IMG/VR virus record: IMGVR_UViG_3300036792_000096
Coordinates: 26,658-90,657 of that record
DNA: 64,000 nt
Strand: one strand, 5' to 3'
Source of the DNA: a virus
The notes beneath the pieces are model-generated. The model saw nothing but the letters and a program-made list of their open reading frames with translations, did not search any database and was not told the DNA's origin. The first letter of the stretch is position 1; every line of letters starts with the position of its first letter. The position numbers and the translations under genes were made by a program. Of the stretch, positions 47,001 to 56,474 are shown in pieces.

Positions 47001-47888
47001 AAGCTGGAAAACGACTTCTATACGAACCTTCAGAAACTTCAGGCCGAGGGCGACACCGCCATCGTGGCGGAGCTGCTGGCCGAAGGGCCGACGAAGGGGG
47101 CCGCGGAGGCTTCTGCAATCGTCACCGCTACAGCGACGACTCGGCAAGCTCTGGAGACCAAAACCGAGACCCTGAAGACTGACGAGAAACAGCATGCCAA
47201 GGACATCGCCACCATCTTCGGGGCTAGCCTCAACCAGAACCTCATCGATACGTTCTCCACGCAACTCGCCAACGAGACTGCCTTCTTTGCGAACGTCAAG
47301 AAGATTTTTGACGCCGGGGACGCGGACCTTGCCAACGCACTCCTCGCTCAGGGACCCGTCCAGGGAGGCGCGCTGGCCCAAGCCGTAGCCAGCGCCACGC
47401 CTGCCGTGCAGAAGGCTCTTGAGGCGCAGGCCGAGCAACTGAAGGCATTCGAGAGCGGTGCGGGCAAGGACACCGGCACGGCCTACGGGCAAGGCGTCGT
47501 GGCCGGCATCGGGGCAGCCATCCCTGCCATCACGGCGGCTGGGGCCGTGGCTGGGGCGGCTGTGCATTCCGGTGCTGTCACGGCGCTGCAAGCGAAGTCT
47601 CCCTCTCGCCTCGCCATGGAACTCGCGGGCAACTACACCGACGGGCTCGTGCTAGGGCTCACGGGAGGCGTCCCCCTCGTGGCCTCGGCCGCCGTCCAGC
47701 TTGCGAACGCCATGGTGGTCTCGCCGGCCGTCACGGGTGGCCTCACGGTCGGGCAGGGCGGCACGACGACAGCAGTCACGGGCGGGGCCAACGTTACGCA
47801 GCACGTCACCGTCAATCAGGTGGCGCAGGACCCTGCGGCTACAGCATTCGCCGTATCCTCCCGGATAGCCCAGCAGGCGATGCGCTAG
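44025..47888 (+). CDS. Tape measure protein
   Basis: 1287 aa, Ala-rich helical repeats, hydrophobic segment, KSPSR motif. Confidence 0.93.
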   Translation: MAGLTEELTLDISAALSSVDDLASALQGAVSGIGDDLASQIQGSLSAVDPSSLGASITEEGNAAVAAIDPTVVLQADTSQLEAEGNAALQAVNEQAISNVATGVGDTSGVIAKGPSVTGETGKAVAELGAAEAATKALGTAQAGLEGNVQGVTSALGPFGAALGGVAAAAGVFYTEAVNDATAQQRLITVFGDSKDAIESVSLPANNFNQTLAQIAQNTGASLPGLEAANAHIGDLGHSAGATNTQIAETANQLTALASYLAVTNPALGSADQIVTGLTSSLARGGRALANFGLAIPTSEILTRAEQDTGKLSTQLTVYDKTAAGAAIASEQLGTSLGNAYTKGQNEAALALPKLEETLKETLAQVGTPLIAPIQETFSAITPVLAELAQTIGSVLGPAISTAATIFQVLGPILSTVLSLLQAFKPAIEPMIIAFLALKAVALAESLATWVAGILDMGSALLTGAGAAGTLATAEGTLAASAGAATLAEGELAAGAAATSAALTTTAGAASTANLALIPLVGAVVLGGNELKKIDPLPGFFKNLIQGTSDANDKIVTATASAGALGGALQGAAGAAVVASGAVAQFGNDLAAAMVKAAGVTTAVSDVEKANASLVTSATGQLKGVSTAFGDTSTAIDAAAKAAEKQATSTGSASSAMATAATHAKDLRDAEAALVTTEQNLATLAAGPTAEVVAAGLLSIESAAKTTRDALQKVNDTKAALDTLAAGPGAEQLAAGYLSIAQAAASTRNAQQAVVDAQNALNLLAGGPSAATEAQARENVAKAQTNQEKATLALSDATTYQNAVDALSYATARQREDAQIKVTEAQYALTDATTALTTAQAALQKLTTDSLPGSRAMVDATNKLADARLAEQAAADNQAKAQKAQADLIAASVPGSAAMTAATNAFSDAQLALAQAQANQEKAQDAQNKLFTDALPGSVAYTAALKAVADAQDHLASVQASGAATAAKAASAQAATSVDVLADLGKNLDAQIKLENDFYTNLQKLQAEGDTAIVAELLAEGPTKGAAEASAIVTATATTRQALETKTETLKTDEKQHAKDIATIFGASLNQNLIDTFSTQLANETAFFANVKKIFDAGDADLANALLAQGPVQGGALAQAVASATPAVQKALEAQAEQLKAFESGAGKDTGTAYGQGVVAGIGAAIPAITAAGAVAGAAVHSGAVTALQAKSPSRLAMELAGNYTDGLVLGLTGGVPLVASAAVQLANAMVVSPAVTGGLTVGQGGTTTAVTGGANVTQHVTVNQVAQDPAATAFAVSSRIAQQAMR

Positions 47889-47890
47889 CC

Positions 47891-48934
47891 ATGCAAGGCT
47901 ATTTGGTGCTCGATAACGTCGAAATCACTAATTCGGCCCGCACGCTCGCCTACCTCAGCCAGTTCATGCCTGTACAGGTCATGACTCCCACCTCGTGCGT
48001 GCCGTGCTCCGCGCTGGCGGGGACCTTCGGGAGCCCCTACTCGGACCCGGCGCCGTGGTATGACGCCTCCCGGCCCGAGAGCGCCTTCTTCTACGGGGTG
48101 CTCTTGGACTCGCTGGAATCCGCCTCCCCTCTCACGCGCTCCACGAAGCAACTGGCGAGCGGGGGACAGAGCATCGGGCAGACGACCGTCAAGGGGCGCA
48201 TCGTGCAGGCGTCGGGAGCGATGTACGCCGCCTCCGAGCAGGCGATGGACTACGGCGTCCGGTGGCTCGGCGCCGCGCTCAAAGGCCAGTGCGAGGATGT
48301 CTGCGGGCTCTCCACGCTCTGCCTCCTGCCGGCCTGCCCCGATCCGGGCCTACCGACCCGCTGGAGACGGCTCTACGACGCGGGCCTGATCGACGGGCCG
48401 GTTGTAGCTCCCATCGCCGGCATGAACGGCTGCATCCTGCGGAGCGTGTCGTGGCAGATCGCGGCGTCGAAGGGCTACCTCTTCGCCGAGCCTGTGACGG
48501 TGCTCAATCAAGCCCTCGTGGCGAACGTGAACGCCTGCGGCATCATCTCGACCACGCAATGGCTCGGGGACTCCACGACTCGCCTCACGGTCACGGCGGG
48601 CGGCCCCAGCTTCGTCCAGAACCTCTCCGTCAGCCTTGCCCCGCTGCGCTCGAACGAGTCGTGTCCGTCGCCGACGCCCCCGGTACTGAGCTTCACCGTC
48701 TCCCAGATTCCGCCCGGGACGAAGCTCTCCATTGACGGAGCACGGCGACGGGTGGAGGTCGTGGAGCTGGCCTCCGGGCTCGTCGTGGGAGGGCTGAACG
48801 TCATCGGGACGGGCGGGACGCCGATGGGGTGGATGGACATCGGACCCTGCGCCCGGGCGTGTGTCTGCGCCAAGGCCACAACCGTGAACTCCAACACGAC
48901 CGTCAAGCTTGAGCAGATAGACCGCGAGATTTAG
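47891..48934 (+). CDS. Minor tail protein (distal-tail-like)
   Basis: EITNSARTLAY, DPAPWYD..PES..FYG; follows tape measure. Confidence 0.8.
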   Translation: MQGYLVLDNVEITNSARTLAYLSQFMPVQVMTPTSCVPCSALAGTFGSPYSDPAPWYDASRPESAFFYGVLLDSLESASPLTRSTKQLASGGQSIGQTTVKGRIVQASGAMYAASEQAMDYGVRWLGAALKGQCEDVCGLSTLCLLPACPDPGLPTRWRRLYDAGLIDGPVVAPIAGMNGCILRSVSWQIAASKGYLFAEPVTVLNQALVANVNACGIISTTQWLGDSTTRLTVTAGGPSFVQNLSVSLAPLRSNESCPSPTPPVLSFTVSQIPPGTKLSIDGARRRVEVVELASGLVVGGLNVIGTGGTPMGWMDIGPCARACVCAKATTVNSNTTVKLEQIDREI

Positions 48935-48945
48935 GAGGAGCGACC

Positions 48946-49557
48946 ATGACGTGCGTGGATCAGACCTCGGGGTGCGGCTGCCACCTGAGCGGGGGCAACT
49001 GCATCTCCATCACGGGCGATGGCTCAAGCGGCAACCCCTACCAGATCGCCCCGATCATCGACCCGTCCGGCTCGAACGCCCTCTCGTGTGGCGCGTCGGG
49101 TTTGCTGGCGGTCAACGCCGTACCGGCGGGGGCAATGATCCTCTGGCCCTCGAACGTCATCCCGGCGGGCTGGCTCGTATGCCAGGGGCAAGCCGTCTCC
49201 CGCACGACCTACGCGGGGATCTTCGCCGTCGTCGGCACGACCTACGGCGTCGGCGACGGAGTCACGACGTTCAACCTGCCGAACCTCCAGGGCCGGGTTC
49301 CCGTCGGCGTCAGCACGTCGGACTCAAGCTTCTACCTCTCGGTGACGGGCGGCGAGAAGACGCACACCCTGATCACGGCCGAGATGCCGAGCCACATCCA
49401 CAGTTACCCGAACGCCTCGACCGCGGGGGGTGGTGCGAACATCGTAGAGGGCTCTCCGAACGTCGCCACCGGGAACAACATGAACGCTACAGGAGGCGGG
49501 GGAGCACACAACAACCTCCAACCTTACCTCAGCGTTAACTACTTAATAAAGACGTAA
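48946..49557 (+). CDS. Tail collar domain protein
   Basis: PAGWLVCQGQAVSRTTYA.IF..VGTTYG.GDG.TTFNLPNLQGR...HNNLQPY. Confidence 0.9.
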   Translation: MTCVDQTSGCGCHLSGGNCISITGDGSSGNPYQIAPIIDPSGSNALSCGASGLLAVNAVPAGAMILWPSNVIPAGWLVCQGQAVSRTTYAGIFAVVGTTYGVGDGVTTFNLPNLQGRVPVGVSTSDSSFYLSVTGGEKTHTLITAEMPSHIHSYPNASTAGGGANIVEGSPNVATGNNMNATGGGGAHNNLQPYLSVNYLIKT

Positions 49558-49563
49558 CCGACA

Positions 49564-50427
49564 TTGGCAACCATCTCCGTCGTTGGCTCAATGAAGACGG
49601 CGAACAACAACACCGCATTCGCCACTTCCATCGCGCTCACGCCGACCGCGGTGGGGAATCTGCAAGTCCTCGTCATTGAGACCAAGTACGCAGGCAACGC
49701 CAACCGGAAGGTGTTGGCGATCACGGGCGGGGGCGTGACCCTATGGACCAACGTGCTCCAGCGGTTCATGGCAGACACCATCCACGGTGCTGAGGTATGG
49801 ATCGGAGTCGTGACCTCCGTAGGCTCCCTCACGGCGACGGTGACCTATGTCAGCACCATCGGGCAGCAGGCGGGGTCGATCAACGGGCACGAACTGACCG
49901 CCGGCACTGGCTCGCTCACGATCTGGGCGGTCGACAAGACGGGGTTCAATGACCCGAACACGAACGCCACGACGTTTACCTATCCGGCCCTGATCTCAGC
50001 CAATGACGGGGAAGCGTACGTCGGGTACTTGGCGGTCACCTCTAGCGCCTCGGCCGGCTCCGGTTCAGGGTGGACCTACTCTCAGGATCTCCGTGGGAAT
50101 TGGGACGCGGTAAACCCTGCGGTAGGAGCAGCGGGGACCAGTGCCAGTACCTCGCAGACATCGGGCTCGGGACAGAAGTGGTTCACGGTGGGGGTGCTGA
50201 TCTCTGCTGCCGCTGATCCGGTGGCTCTGACCGGGATGGTGGGGACGAAGATGCAGACCACCTACACGGGCTCGAATGGCCGCTCCCTGACGTGCGTGGG
50301 AACGCTCACGTGGGTAGCAGGAAGCACGCAGGCGTGCGTCCAGACCCCGAGCGGGTACAGCGCCTTCGACATTGCGGCGATCACCGCGGCCTCTCCGTCG
50401 TCGGGCAGCCCCAGCGACCCGCACTAG
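49564..50427 (+). CDS. Thr/Gly-rich tail fibre-like protein
   Basis: Composition; similar to N-terminus of next gene. Confidence 0.65.
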   Translation: MATISVVGSMKTANNNTAFATSIALTPTAVGNLQVLVIETKYAGNANRKVLAITGGGVTLWTNVLQRFMADTIHGAEVWIGVVTSVGSLTATVTYVSTIGQQAGSINGHELTAGTGSLTIWAVDKTGFNDPNTNATTFTYPALISANDGEAYVGYLAVTSSASAGSGSGWTYSQDLRGNWDAVNPAVGAAGTSASTSQTSGSGQKWFTVGVLISAAADPVALTGMVGTKMQTTYTGSNGRSLTCVGTLTWVAGSTQACVQTPSGYSAFDIAAITAASPSSGSPSDPH

Positions 50428-52467
50428 ATGGCGATCACCGCTGTCGGCTCGCTCGACTCGGCGACGGGTACGGCCCTTACCACACTTGCCCTGGCCGTCG
50501 GCTCCGCGTGCGCGGTGGGCGATGTGCGGGTCTTCTATGCCAAGGTGAACTCGAACACGATCACGGTGTCCTCGCTGTCGGGGGGCGATGTCACCACATG
50601 GCACAAGGGACCGTCCTACAACGACAATGCCGGGACCGTCGGCCATCACGAGATGTGGTGGGGGATCGCCACCGCGGCGGGCCACACGACGATCACGGTC
50701 ACGTGGTCATCGACCCCCACCGGGCTCGGCACAGACTTGGATTGCCGGACCTTCAGCAACGGGAACACGTCAACAACCTGGACGCTGGACTCCTCGAACA
50801 CAAGGGACAACGCCGCCTCTACGACGATCACCTACGCCAGCATCACGGCAGCGGGGACGGGGGAACTCGCCTGCTACCACGCCCGGTGTCCCTCTGGGGG
50901 CTCCTACGGCACCCCTTCGGGCGGTGGGACATGGGTGACGGCCACCGACGCCAACGGCAACCCGTACATCTACTCGCTATCGGTGGGATCGGGCGCGATA
51001 GCACCCACACAGACCACGACCTCCACCGACTCGCACACCATCGGCCTGCTGCTGATCGCCTCCGTGGGGGGTGCCAGTCTGCCCTTGGCGGCAGATGGGC
51101 TGGCGTCCTCGAGCGGTACGGCCTCGATCACCCTGACGGAACCGCTTGTCGCCGCGGGGCTAGCCTCATCGTCCGGCACCGCGACGCTGCCCGTTCTCAG
51201 GGCGCTGTCAGCCGCCGGTCTCGCATCCTCGTCCGGGTCCATTCAATTCACGGTCCTTCTCGCTGCCGATGGCCTCGCTGCGTCCAGCGGCACGGCGACT
51301 CTGCTCATTAAGCGAGTCCTGGCCGCAGCGGGCCTCGCGTCCTCGAGCGGCACGGCCGTGCTTGGTGCCATCCATCTCCCCGACCCCTTCACGGTCGTGG
51401 TGGGGGCGTACAAGCCCGCGATCCTCGGGTGCGGGACGTGGCGGGTGTTCCTCGCCTCGCGGGGAGGGATGCAGCTCCTGACCGAGCTCGACTACGAGAC
51501 CCTCACCGTCCAGCGCACCCTTGACAGCGCCTCCCAGACCTCCGTGATCCTGCTGGCAGACCGCAATCCGTCGTGCGCACCGCTGCTGGCTCAGGTCGAA
51601 CCGTTCCAGCACGAGATCGTGGCCTTCCGGGACTACCAGGCTGGGGATCCGCAGACGTGGGCCGGCCCGGTGATGGTCCCAACCTGGGACCCCATCTCCC
51701 TCCACATCGACGCCCGGGATCTCTTCTCGTGGTTCGATGTCCGCAACCTCCCTACTGATCGGGTGAACTTCTCCTCTGATCTGGCGGACATCTTCTCGGT
51801 CTACGTTCAGGACGCCCTCTCCCTCGACCCCTCCCCGGGAATCACCGTGTCCTTCATGGGAGAGATCGGCACTACCGGTATCCGTTCCGTCACCGCCCAG
51901 TCGGCTACCATCGCCGGGGACGCGCTGCGCGAGCTCTCCCGGTCGGGAGTGGACTTCACCACCGTCGGGCGCTCAATCCGGATCGGGGGCATGCCTCCCA
52001 CGGCCGCCACGACGATCCTCTACGACTCCGCTGTGATCCAGGACGCCAGTGGGGCTACCCCCAAGTTCGTCAAGCAAGGGCTCAACCTCGCCACGTCGGT
52101 GACGCTCAAGGGGGGGCAGGATGTGCTGGGGAACACGCTCTCGTCTACCGTGGGAGACAGCGACGGCATCCACGGCCTCGTCTCCCGGACCTCATCCGAG
52201 CCGCTGATCCTGGATCTTCTCTCGCTGACGAAGGCGGCAGCAGGCCGGCTCGCCTTCCTGAACCCCGCACCCCTCTACCTCACCTTGACCCTCAGTCCGC
52301 AGGCACCGATCCGCTTCGACCAGCTCATTCCCGGGATCCGGATCGACACGGCTTTCACGCTGGGGCTGATCCAAGTTGTCGGGAAGTTCCGCCTCAATCA
52401 GGTCGATGTGACCGTGGACCAGAACGGGGAGGCGGTGGCCCTCACCCTGACGCCGATGGTCGTATGA
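50428..52467 (+). CDS. Minor tail (hub-like) protein with N-terminal appendage domain and 20-aa repeats
   Basis: Five LAAxGLASSSG units; LGCG.W, HEIV..RD, WAGPV, GVDFTTVGR, QLIPG. Confidence 0.75.
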   Translation: MAITAVGSLDSATGTALTTLALAVGSACAVGDVRVFYAKVNSNTITVSSLSGGDVTTWHKGPSYNDNAGTVGHHEMWWGIATAAGHTTITVTWSSTPTGLGTDLDCRTFSNGNTSTTWTLDSSNTRDNAASTTITYASITAAGTGELACYHARCPSGGSYGTPSGGGTWVTATDANGNPYIYSLSVGSGAIAPTQTTTSTDSHTIGLLLIASVGGASLPLAADGLASSSGTASITLTEPLVAAGLASSSGTATLPVLRALSAAGLASSSGSIQFTVLLAADGLAASSGTATLLIKRVLAAAGLASSSGTAVLGAIHLPDPFTVVVGAYKPAILGCGTWRVFLASRGGMQLLTELDYETLTVQRTLDSASQTSVILLADRNPSCAPLLAQVEPFQHEIVAFRDYQAGDPQTWAGPVMVPTWDPISLHIDARDLFSWFDVRNLPTDRVNFSSDLADIFSVYVQDALSLDPSPGITVSFMGEIGTTGIRSVTAQSATIAGDALRELSRSGVDFTTVGRSIRIGGMPPTAATTILYDSAVIQDASGATPKFVKQGLNLATSVTLKGGQDVLGNTLSSTVGDSDGIHGLVSRTSSEPLILDLLSLTKAAAGRLAFLNPAPLYLTLTLSPQAPIRFDQLIPGIRIDTAFTLGLIQVVGKFRLNQVDVTVDQNGEAVALTLTPMVV

Positions 52468-53126
52468 CGTATGGCGGCGAGCCACAGTTTCTCGGGGGCA
52501 TGATCGCCTCGCTCACGGAGCGTATGCGGGCGCTGGAGGCCCGGTTCCTGATCCCGGGCCCCCAGGGGCCACAGGGCCAGGTGGGGGCCATCGGCCCGCC
52601 CGGCGTGACGCTGCTCGGCTCTGTGCTCGTGACAGGATCCCCGGTGGCAGATGCGACGATCACGCTCCCCGTCGGTGCCGCGAGTGATCCGGGCCTTCGG
52701 ATCGGCTGCCACGTCAGGGGAGACGCAGCCGCGACGAACGCACTCTTGCAGGTCCAGATCAACCTTGACACCAGCTCCACGAAATACGATTCCTACCTCG
52801 CCGATGTGTCGGGCACCACACCCGCCTGGGCAGCGGCCGAGGTCATCGCTGGCAACTGGATGTCGCTCGGGGTCATGCCGGCCGGGACGGCGCCTGCGGA
52901 AACGTTCGGAGCCACGTTCATCGACATCCCGCACTTCTCGAACGGCACGGTTCACAAGACTCTGGCGAGCCGTACCGGCTACAAGCTGGCGAACTCGACG
53001 GGCAACGTCCAGACCGGCATAGGCGTGGGGTTCTGGCGCGTGACCGACCCGATCGTGATCCTGCGCATCTTCCCCTCGGCCGGCAATCTTGACGTGGGTA
53101 CGTTCATCTGGATCGCCCCCATATAA
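52464..53126 (+). CDS. Minor tail protein with short collagen-like segment
   Basis: LTERMRALE, GPQGPQGQVGAIGPPG. Confidence 0.7.
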   Translation: MTYGGEPQFLGGMIASLTERMRALEARFLIPGPQGPQGQVGAIGPPGVTLLGSVLVTGSPVADATITLPVGAASDPGLRIGCHVRGDAAATNALLQVQINLDTSSTKYDSYLADVSGTTPAWAAAEVIAGNWMSLGVMPAGTAPAETFGATFIDIPHFSNGTVHKTLASRTGYKLANSTGNVQTGIGVGFWRVTDPIVILRIFPSAGNLDVGTFIWIAPI

Positions 53127-53138
53127 AGGAGAGCCGTC

Positions 53139-53471
53139 GTGAGCACCCCGCCCGAACGTCTCGTCGTGAACCTGGCTGGTGGAGGGCCGCAGCGCGTCCC
53201 CCTGACCGGGGCGGACCTGGACGACTACAACGCCCGTTTAGCGGCTCTACCGGCTCAGGTCGCCGCGGACCAGACCGTCCAGGACAACGCTGCCACGATT
53301 CGCCAGCGAGCCCGTCAGGCCATCGCTGCCAACCTTGCCTATCTCGCCCTTCCGGCTCCCACCACGCAGGCTCAGGCGGTGACTCAGATCCTTGCGCAGG
53401 TGGCTGCTCTGACCCGACAGGTGGACGCCCTGATCCGCCTCGCCTTGGGAGCGTTCGATGACGTTACCTAG
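53139..53471 (+). CDS. Hypothetical tail-region protein
   Basis: AAGGAG RBS; QVAALTRQVDALIRL. Confidence 0.7.
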   Translation: MSTPPERLVVNLAGGGPQRVPLTGADLDDYNARLAALPAQVAADQTVQDNAATIRQRARQAIAANLAYLALPAPTTQAQAVTQILAQVAALTRQVDALIRLALGAFDDVT

Positions 53472-53601
53472 TGGCCCCGGCCCGTCCACACGGCATAGAG
53501 CAGGATTGCTGCCTGCACGGCGAGCGCGACGGCAAGCGGTATCAGAGCGGCGATTGGGGTCCCCCCTGTCGGCGTGGGCTGGACCGTCTACGATAGGGCC
53601 T

Positions 53602-53691
53602 GTGATGGCCCTGACTCGGCTAGAGCGGTTCCTGCTCGCACTTGCCTTCGCCTTCGCCCTTATCGACCTCTGGCTGAGGCACGTCCGGTGA
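53602..53691 (+). CDS. Very small single-TM protein
   Basis: (V)MALTRLERFLLALAFAFALIDLWLRHVR; TACGAT -10-like element upstream. Confidence 0.45.
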   Translation: MMALTRLERFLLALAFAFALIDLWLRHVR

Positions 53692-53714
53692 GCCCGCGGA
53701 TGGGAGGATAGCGA

Positions 53715-54647
53715 GTGACCATCGCCAGCATGCACGCCGTCTCCCTCGGCTTCCCTGAGAACCAGACGATGGCGGTTGACTACTCCGCCGGCCCGGTTGA
53801 TCCGTCGGAACTCGTGGCCGCGGGCTTCCTCGTCGTCATGCGGTACTTGGCACCGCTCCCGAACGGCAAGGTCATCACCATTGCCGAGCGTCAGGCCCTT
53901 CATGCGGCCGGTAGGGGCGTGGGGCTCGTGTGGGAGTGGTACGCCTCCCGTTGTCTCGAGGGTGCCGCAGCGGGCCAGCAGGACGGCACGGACGCTCGGC
54001 TACAGGCCGCGGCGCTCGGCTTCCCGGCGAGCTGGCCGCTCCTCGGCGCCGTGGACATGAACCCCACCGCAGCCCAGCGTCCGGTCATCGCTGCCTATCT
54101 TGAGGCTGGCGGTCTCTACCCCTACGGCAACGCCGCCATGATCGCCTACATGGAGGCCCGCGGGACCGCAGGGCACTCGTGGCTGATGGACTGGGGGGGC
54201 GGAACCTACGGGGACTACCACATTCACCAGACGGGGGGTCAGGTGACCATCGGCGGGGTGCAGTGCGACGTGAATGTCGTGGCGAACCCCGACTGCATCT
54301 GGTTCCCGCCCGGGGTCGTTCCCGTTGTCACACCACCCAGTGCTGTCCCCACGCTCGCCCCGAAGGAGGACGACATGCTCACGTTCACGAACCCACGGAC
54401 GGGCAAGCATTACCGTTGCTTCCCCGACGGCTCGGTCTACGTGTTCAACGCCGACGGTTCCCCTGGTGGTCCGTGGCTCGGGGGCCTCAACAACCATCCC
54501 GACTGGAAGGCGGGCGGAGGAATGGTCAACGGAGACCCGTTCATCTTCGGCGAGACTCCCGACGACGGCTATGTCATCACGACCCGGGACGCCGCGGGGA
54601 ACTTCCATCCCTACGCCTTCCCGCCCTCGGGCATCCTGGCGAAGTAG
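53715..54647 (+). CDS. Endolysin: DUF1906/GH25-like catalytic domain plus C-terminal binding domain
   Basis: VDYS, VMRYL, K.IT..E, LVWE, G.QDG..A, AVD, VQCDVN; Pro linker. Confidence 0.85.
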   Translation: MTIASMHAVSLGFPENQTMAVDYSAGPVDPSELVAAGFLVVMRYLAPLPNGKVITIAERQALHAAGRGVGLVWEWYASRCLEGAAAGQQDGTDARLQAAALGFPASWPLLGAVDMNPTAAQRPVIAAYLEAGGLYPYGNAAMIAYMEARGTAGHSWLMDWGGGTYGDYHIHQTGGQVTIGGVQCDVNVVANPDCIWFPPGVVPVVTPPSAVPTLAPKEDDMLTFTNPRTGKHYRCFPDGSVYVFNADGSPGGPWLGGLNNHPDWKAGGGMVNGDPFIFGETPDDGYVITTRDAAGNFHPYAFPPSGILAK

Positions 54648-54650
54648 TCA

Positions 54651-55028
54651 GTGCCCCCTGACGACCCCTACGACTGGCGCTCGGAGTTCATCGCCAGAAT
54701 CTCCCGTATCGAGGGGATTCTGGACAAGCTGGCCGATAAGATTCCCGACCTTCGGGAGATAGACCGGCAACGCTCGGCCATCGACAGTCTCACCTCCCAG
54801 GTAGGTCAGACGAAGGATCTGATCCAGTCGGCCGGGTTCATACGGGTTGAGGTAGGGGACGCCCGGATGGAGACGATCCGGATCGACAACAAGGCCAGAG
54901 ATGCCCGGATCAGCGCCTTGGAGGGCTCGGCCCGCTCGAACCGGAACCTGATCTACTCCACGCTCGCCTCAGTGGTCGCAGCGGTGCTCGGGGGTGGCAT
55001 TCTGCTCGTGCTGCGGACGAAGCCGTGA
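54651..55028 (+). CDS. Coiled-coil protein with C-terminal TM (lysis region)
   Basis: RISALE...LASVVAAVLGGGILLV. Confidence 0.7.
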   Translation: MPPDDPYDWRSEFIARISRIEGILDKLADKIPDLREIDRQRSAIDSLTSQVGQTKDLIQSAGFIRVEVGDARMETIRIDNKARDARISALEGSARSNRNLIYSTLASVVAAVLGGGILLVLRTKP

Positions 55029-55609
55029 AGCGCTTGGCGGGGTTGCTCGCGTACGTCCGGGACCGGTTCCCTATCGTTCTCTCGGTGACGGTCATGCTCG
55101 TAGTGACGATTGTCGTGCTGGGGGTGCTGTTCTTCCGGGTGGGAGCCGCCGGCCGGGCCGATGCCACCCGGGCAAAGCAGATCGCGGACCTCAAGAGCAA
55201 CGTCACGACCCTGAATGCCAACGTAGCCACACTGACGACTGGCTACTCGAGCCTCGCCGCTAACTATGTGGACCTCGCTAACAAGTACAACGACCTTGTA
55301 GGCGCGTACAGAACCCAAGCGGCGAGCAACTCTGCGCTGACGGATGCCGTCAACGCCTTCGGGGTGGCGCTTGGCAAGGCCGGGAGCGGACTCACCGCCG
55401 CGCAGGTAGCCCAACTTCGGACGCAACTGGCAGACCTCCGCCAGAGCGTAGGGGGGTCTACCGGGGCTCCCGTAGGGCAAACTCCCTACGCCACCCCCAT
55501 CCCCAAGGCCACCCCCACGCCCGTGCCGATCTGTCCGAATGCTCTGTTGAGCGTAGCCCCCGCCAGCATCTTGAACGTATGCTTGTCCAAAACCGGCCCA
55601 GCCCCGTAA
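55025..55609 (+). CDS. N-terminal TM, coiled-coil and Pro-rich tail protein (lysis region)
   Basis: TM, heptads, TPTP, terminal Cys pair. Confidence 0.7.
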   Translation: MKRLAGLLAYVRDRFPIVLSVTVMLVVTIVVLGVLFFRVGAAGRADATRAKQIADLKSNVTTLNANVATLTTGYSSLAANYVDLANKYNDLVGAYRTQAASNSALTDAVNAFGVALGKAGSGLTAAQVAQLRTQLADLRQSVGGSTGAPVGQTPYATPIPKATPTPVPICPNALLSVAPASILNVCLSKTGPAP

Positions 55610-55628
55610 CCCCCCGACGGGAGCGAAC

Positions 55629-55787
55629 ATGCCCGACGAACCGAAAGCCTCGCCCGAGGAGGACCCGTGGCGCACGGTGGTCGTGGACAAGTTAGACGGA
55701 GTACTATCCAAATTGGACAAGCTCCTTGCCCGACTGGAGACTGAGGAGCCGGTCCCGGTGCCGCGGAGGGCAAGCAATGGAGATTGA
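55629..55787 (+). CDS. Small coiled-coil protein (not in ORF track)
   Basis: GGGAG RBS; MPDEPK...DKLDGVLSKLDKLLARLE. Confidence 0.55.
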   Translation: MPDEPKASPEEDPWRTVVVDKLDGVLSKLDKLLARLETEEPVPVPRRASNGD

Positions 55788-56196
55788 CGACGCCAAGCTA
55801 GCTGCGCTCATGGATAAGCTCACCGCCGTCGAACCCCGGCTTGATGAGGTTGTCCAGGTTCCTGTGAGGCAACGTCGGCAACGGAACGGCCTCATCGGTC
55901 TCGCCGTCGCCAGTGCGATCTTTGCCGCTGGGCTCTCCGTGGTGACATATCGGACTTCCTCCGAGGCTCAGCGCAACGCCGCGGCCGTTCGGCAGGCGGC
56001 AGTAACCCAGCGTCAGACATGCGAGTCCGGGAACGCCTTCCGGGCAGCGGACTTGGAGACGTGGAACACAGTGATCCAGACCTTCTCGGCCTCCCCGGGC
56101 CCGAACGCCAATCCCGCGCAGGTAGCAGCACTACAAGAACGGTTCAGGAAGATCCAAGCCATCATCACCACTAAGGACGCTCCCCGGAAGTGCTGA
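55777..56196 (+). CDS. Membrane-anchored protein (lysis region)
   Basis: TM; CESGNAFR...RKC. Confidence 0.7.
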   Translation: MEIDDAKLAALMDKLTAVEPRLDEVVQVPVRQRRQRNGLIGLAVASAIFAAGLSVVTYRTSSEAQRNAAAVRQAAVTQRQTCESGNAFRAADLETWNTVIQTFSASPGPNANPAQVAALQERFRKIQAIITTKDAPRKC

Positions 56197-56243
56197 ACGG
56201 GTAGGCTTTTCACGTAGGCTCCCCCGACGAAAGGAAGGCGGAC

Positions 56244-56474
56244 ATGAGCACTCCCGCAGATACCACCCCAGCACCCGCCGCGCCGCATGTGAGTCTCCTC
56301 GCCCACTTGGAGTCGTTCATCCCCAAGTTCGAGTCCAAAGTGGGACTCGCTGAGCACGAGATGCCCCTTGCAGCCGACACGATCAAGGGCATCCTGGCCG
56401 TGTTCACGGACATCGAGGCGATGATCGCGGGTCTCCACCAGCCCACGGTTCCGACCACTGGGGGCCAGCAGTGA
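56244..56474 (+). CDS. Hypothetical protein
   Basis: AAGGAAGG RBS. Confidence 0.6.
   Translation: MSTPADTTPAPAAPHVSLLAHLESFIPKFESKVGLAEHEMPLAADTIKGILAVFTDIEAMIAGLHQPTVPTTGGQQ

Noticed and set aside
44370-47591. Long antisense ORFs (530 aa, 382 aa) within the tape measure gene, and similar ones elsewhere
   Set aside because: Shadow ORFs expected from high GC3; Arg/Gly-rich with no motifs or RBS
40724-51123. Repeat pair as template/variable repeats of a diversity-generating retroelement
   Set aside because: No reverse transcriptase in the window; differences are not adenine-specific and both copies are coding
53567-53594. Second PafBC-type promoter (TGTCGG ... TACGAT)
   Set aside because: Spacing is 16 nt rather than 10
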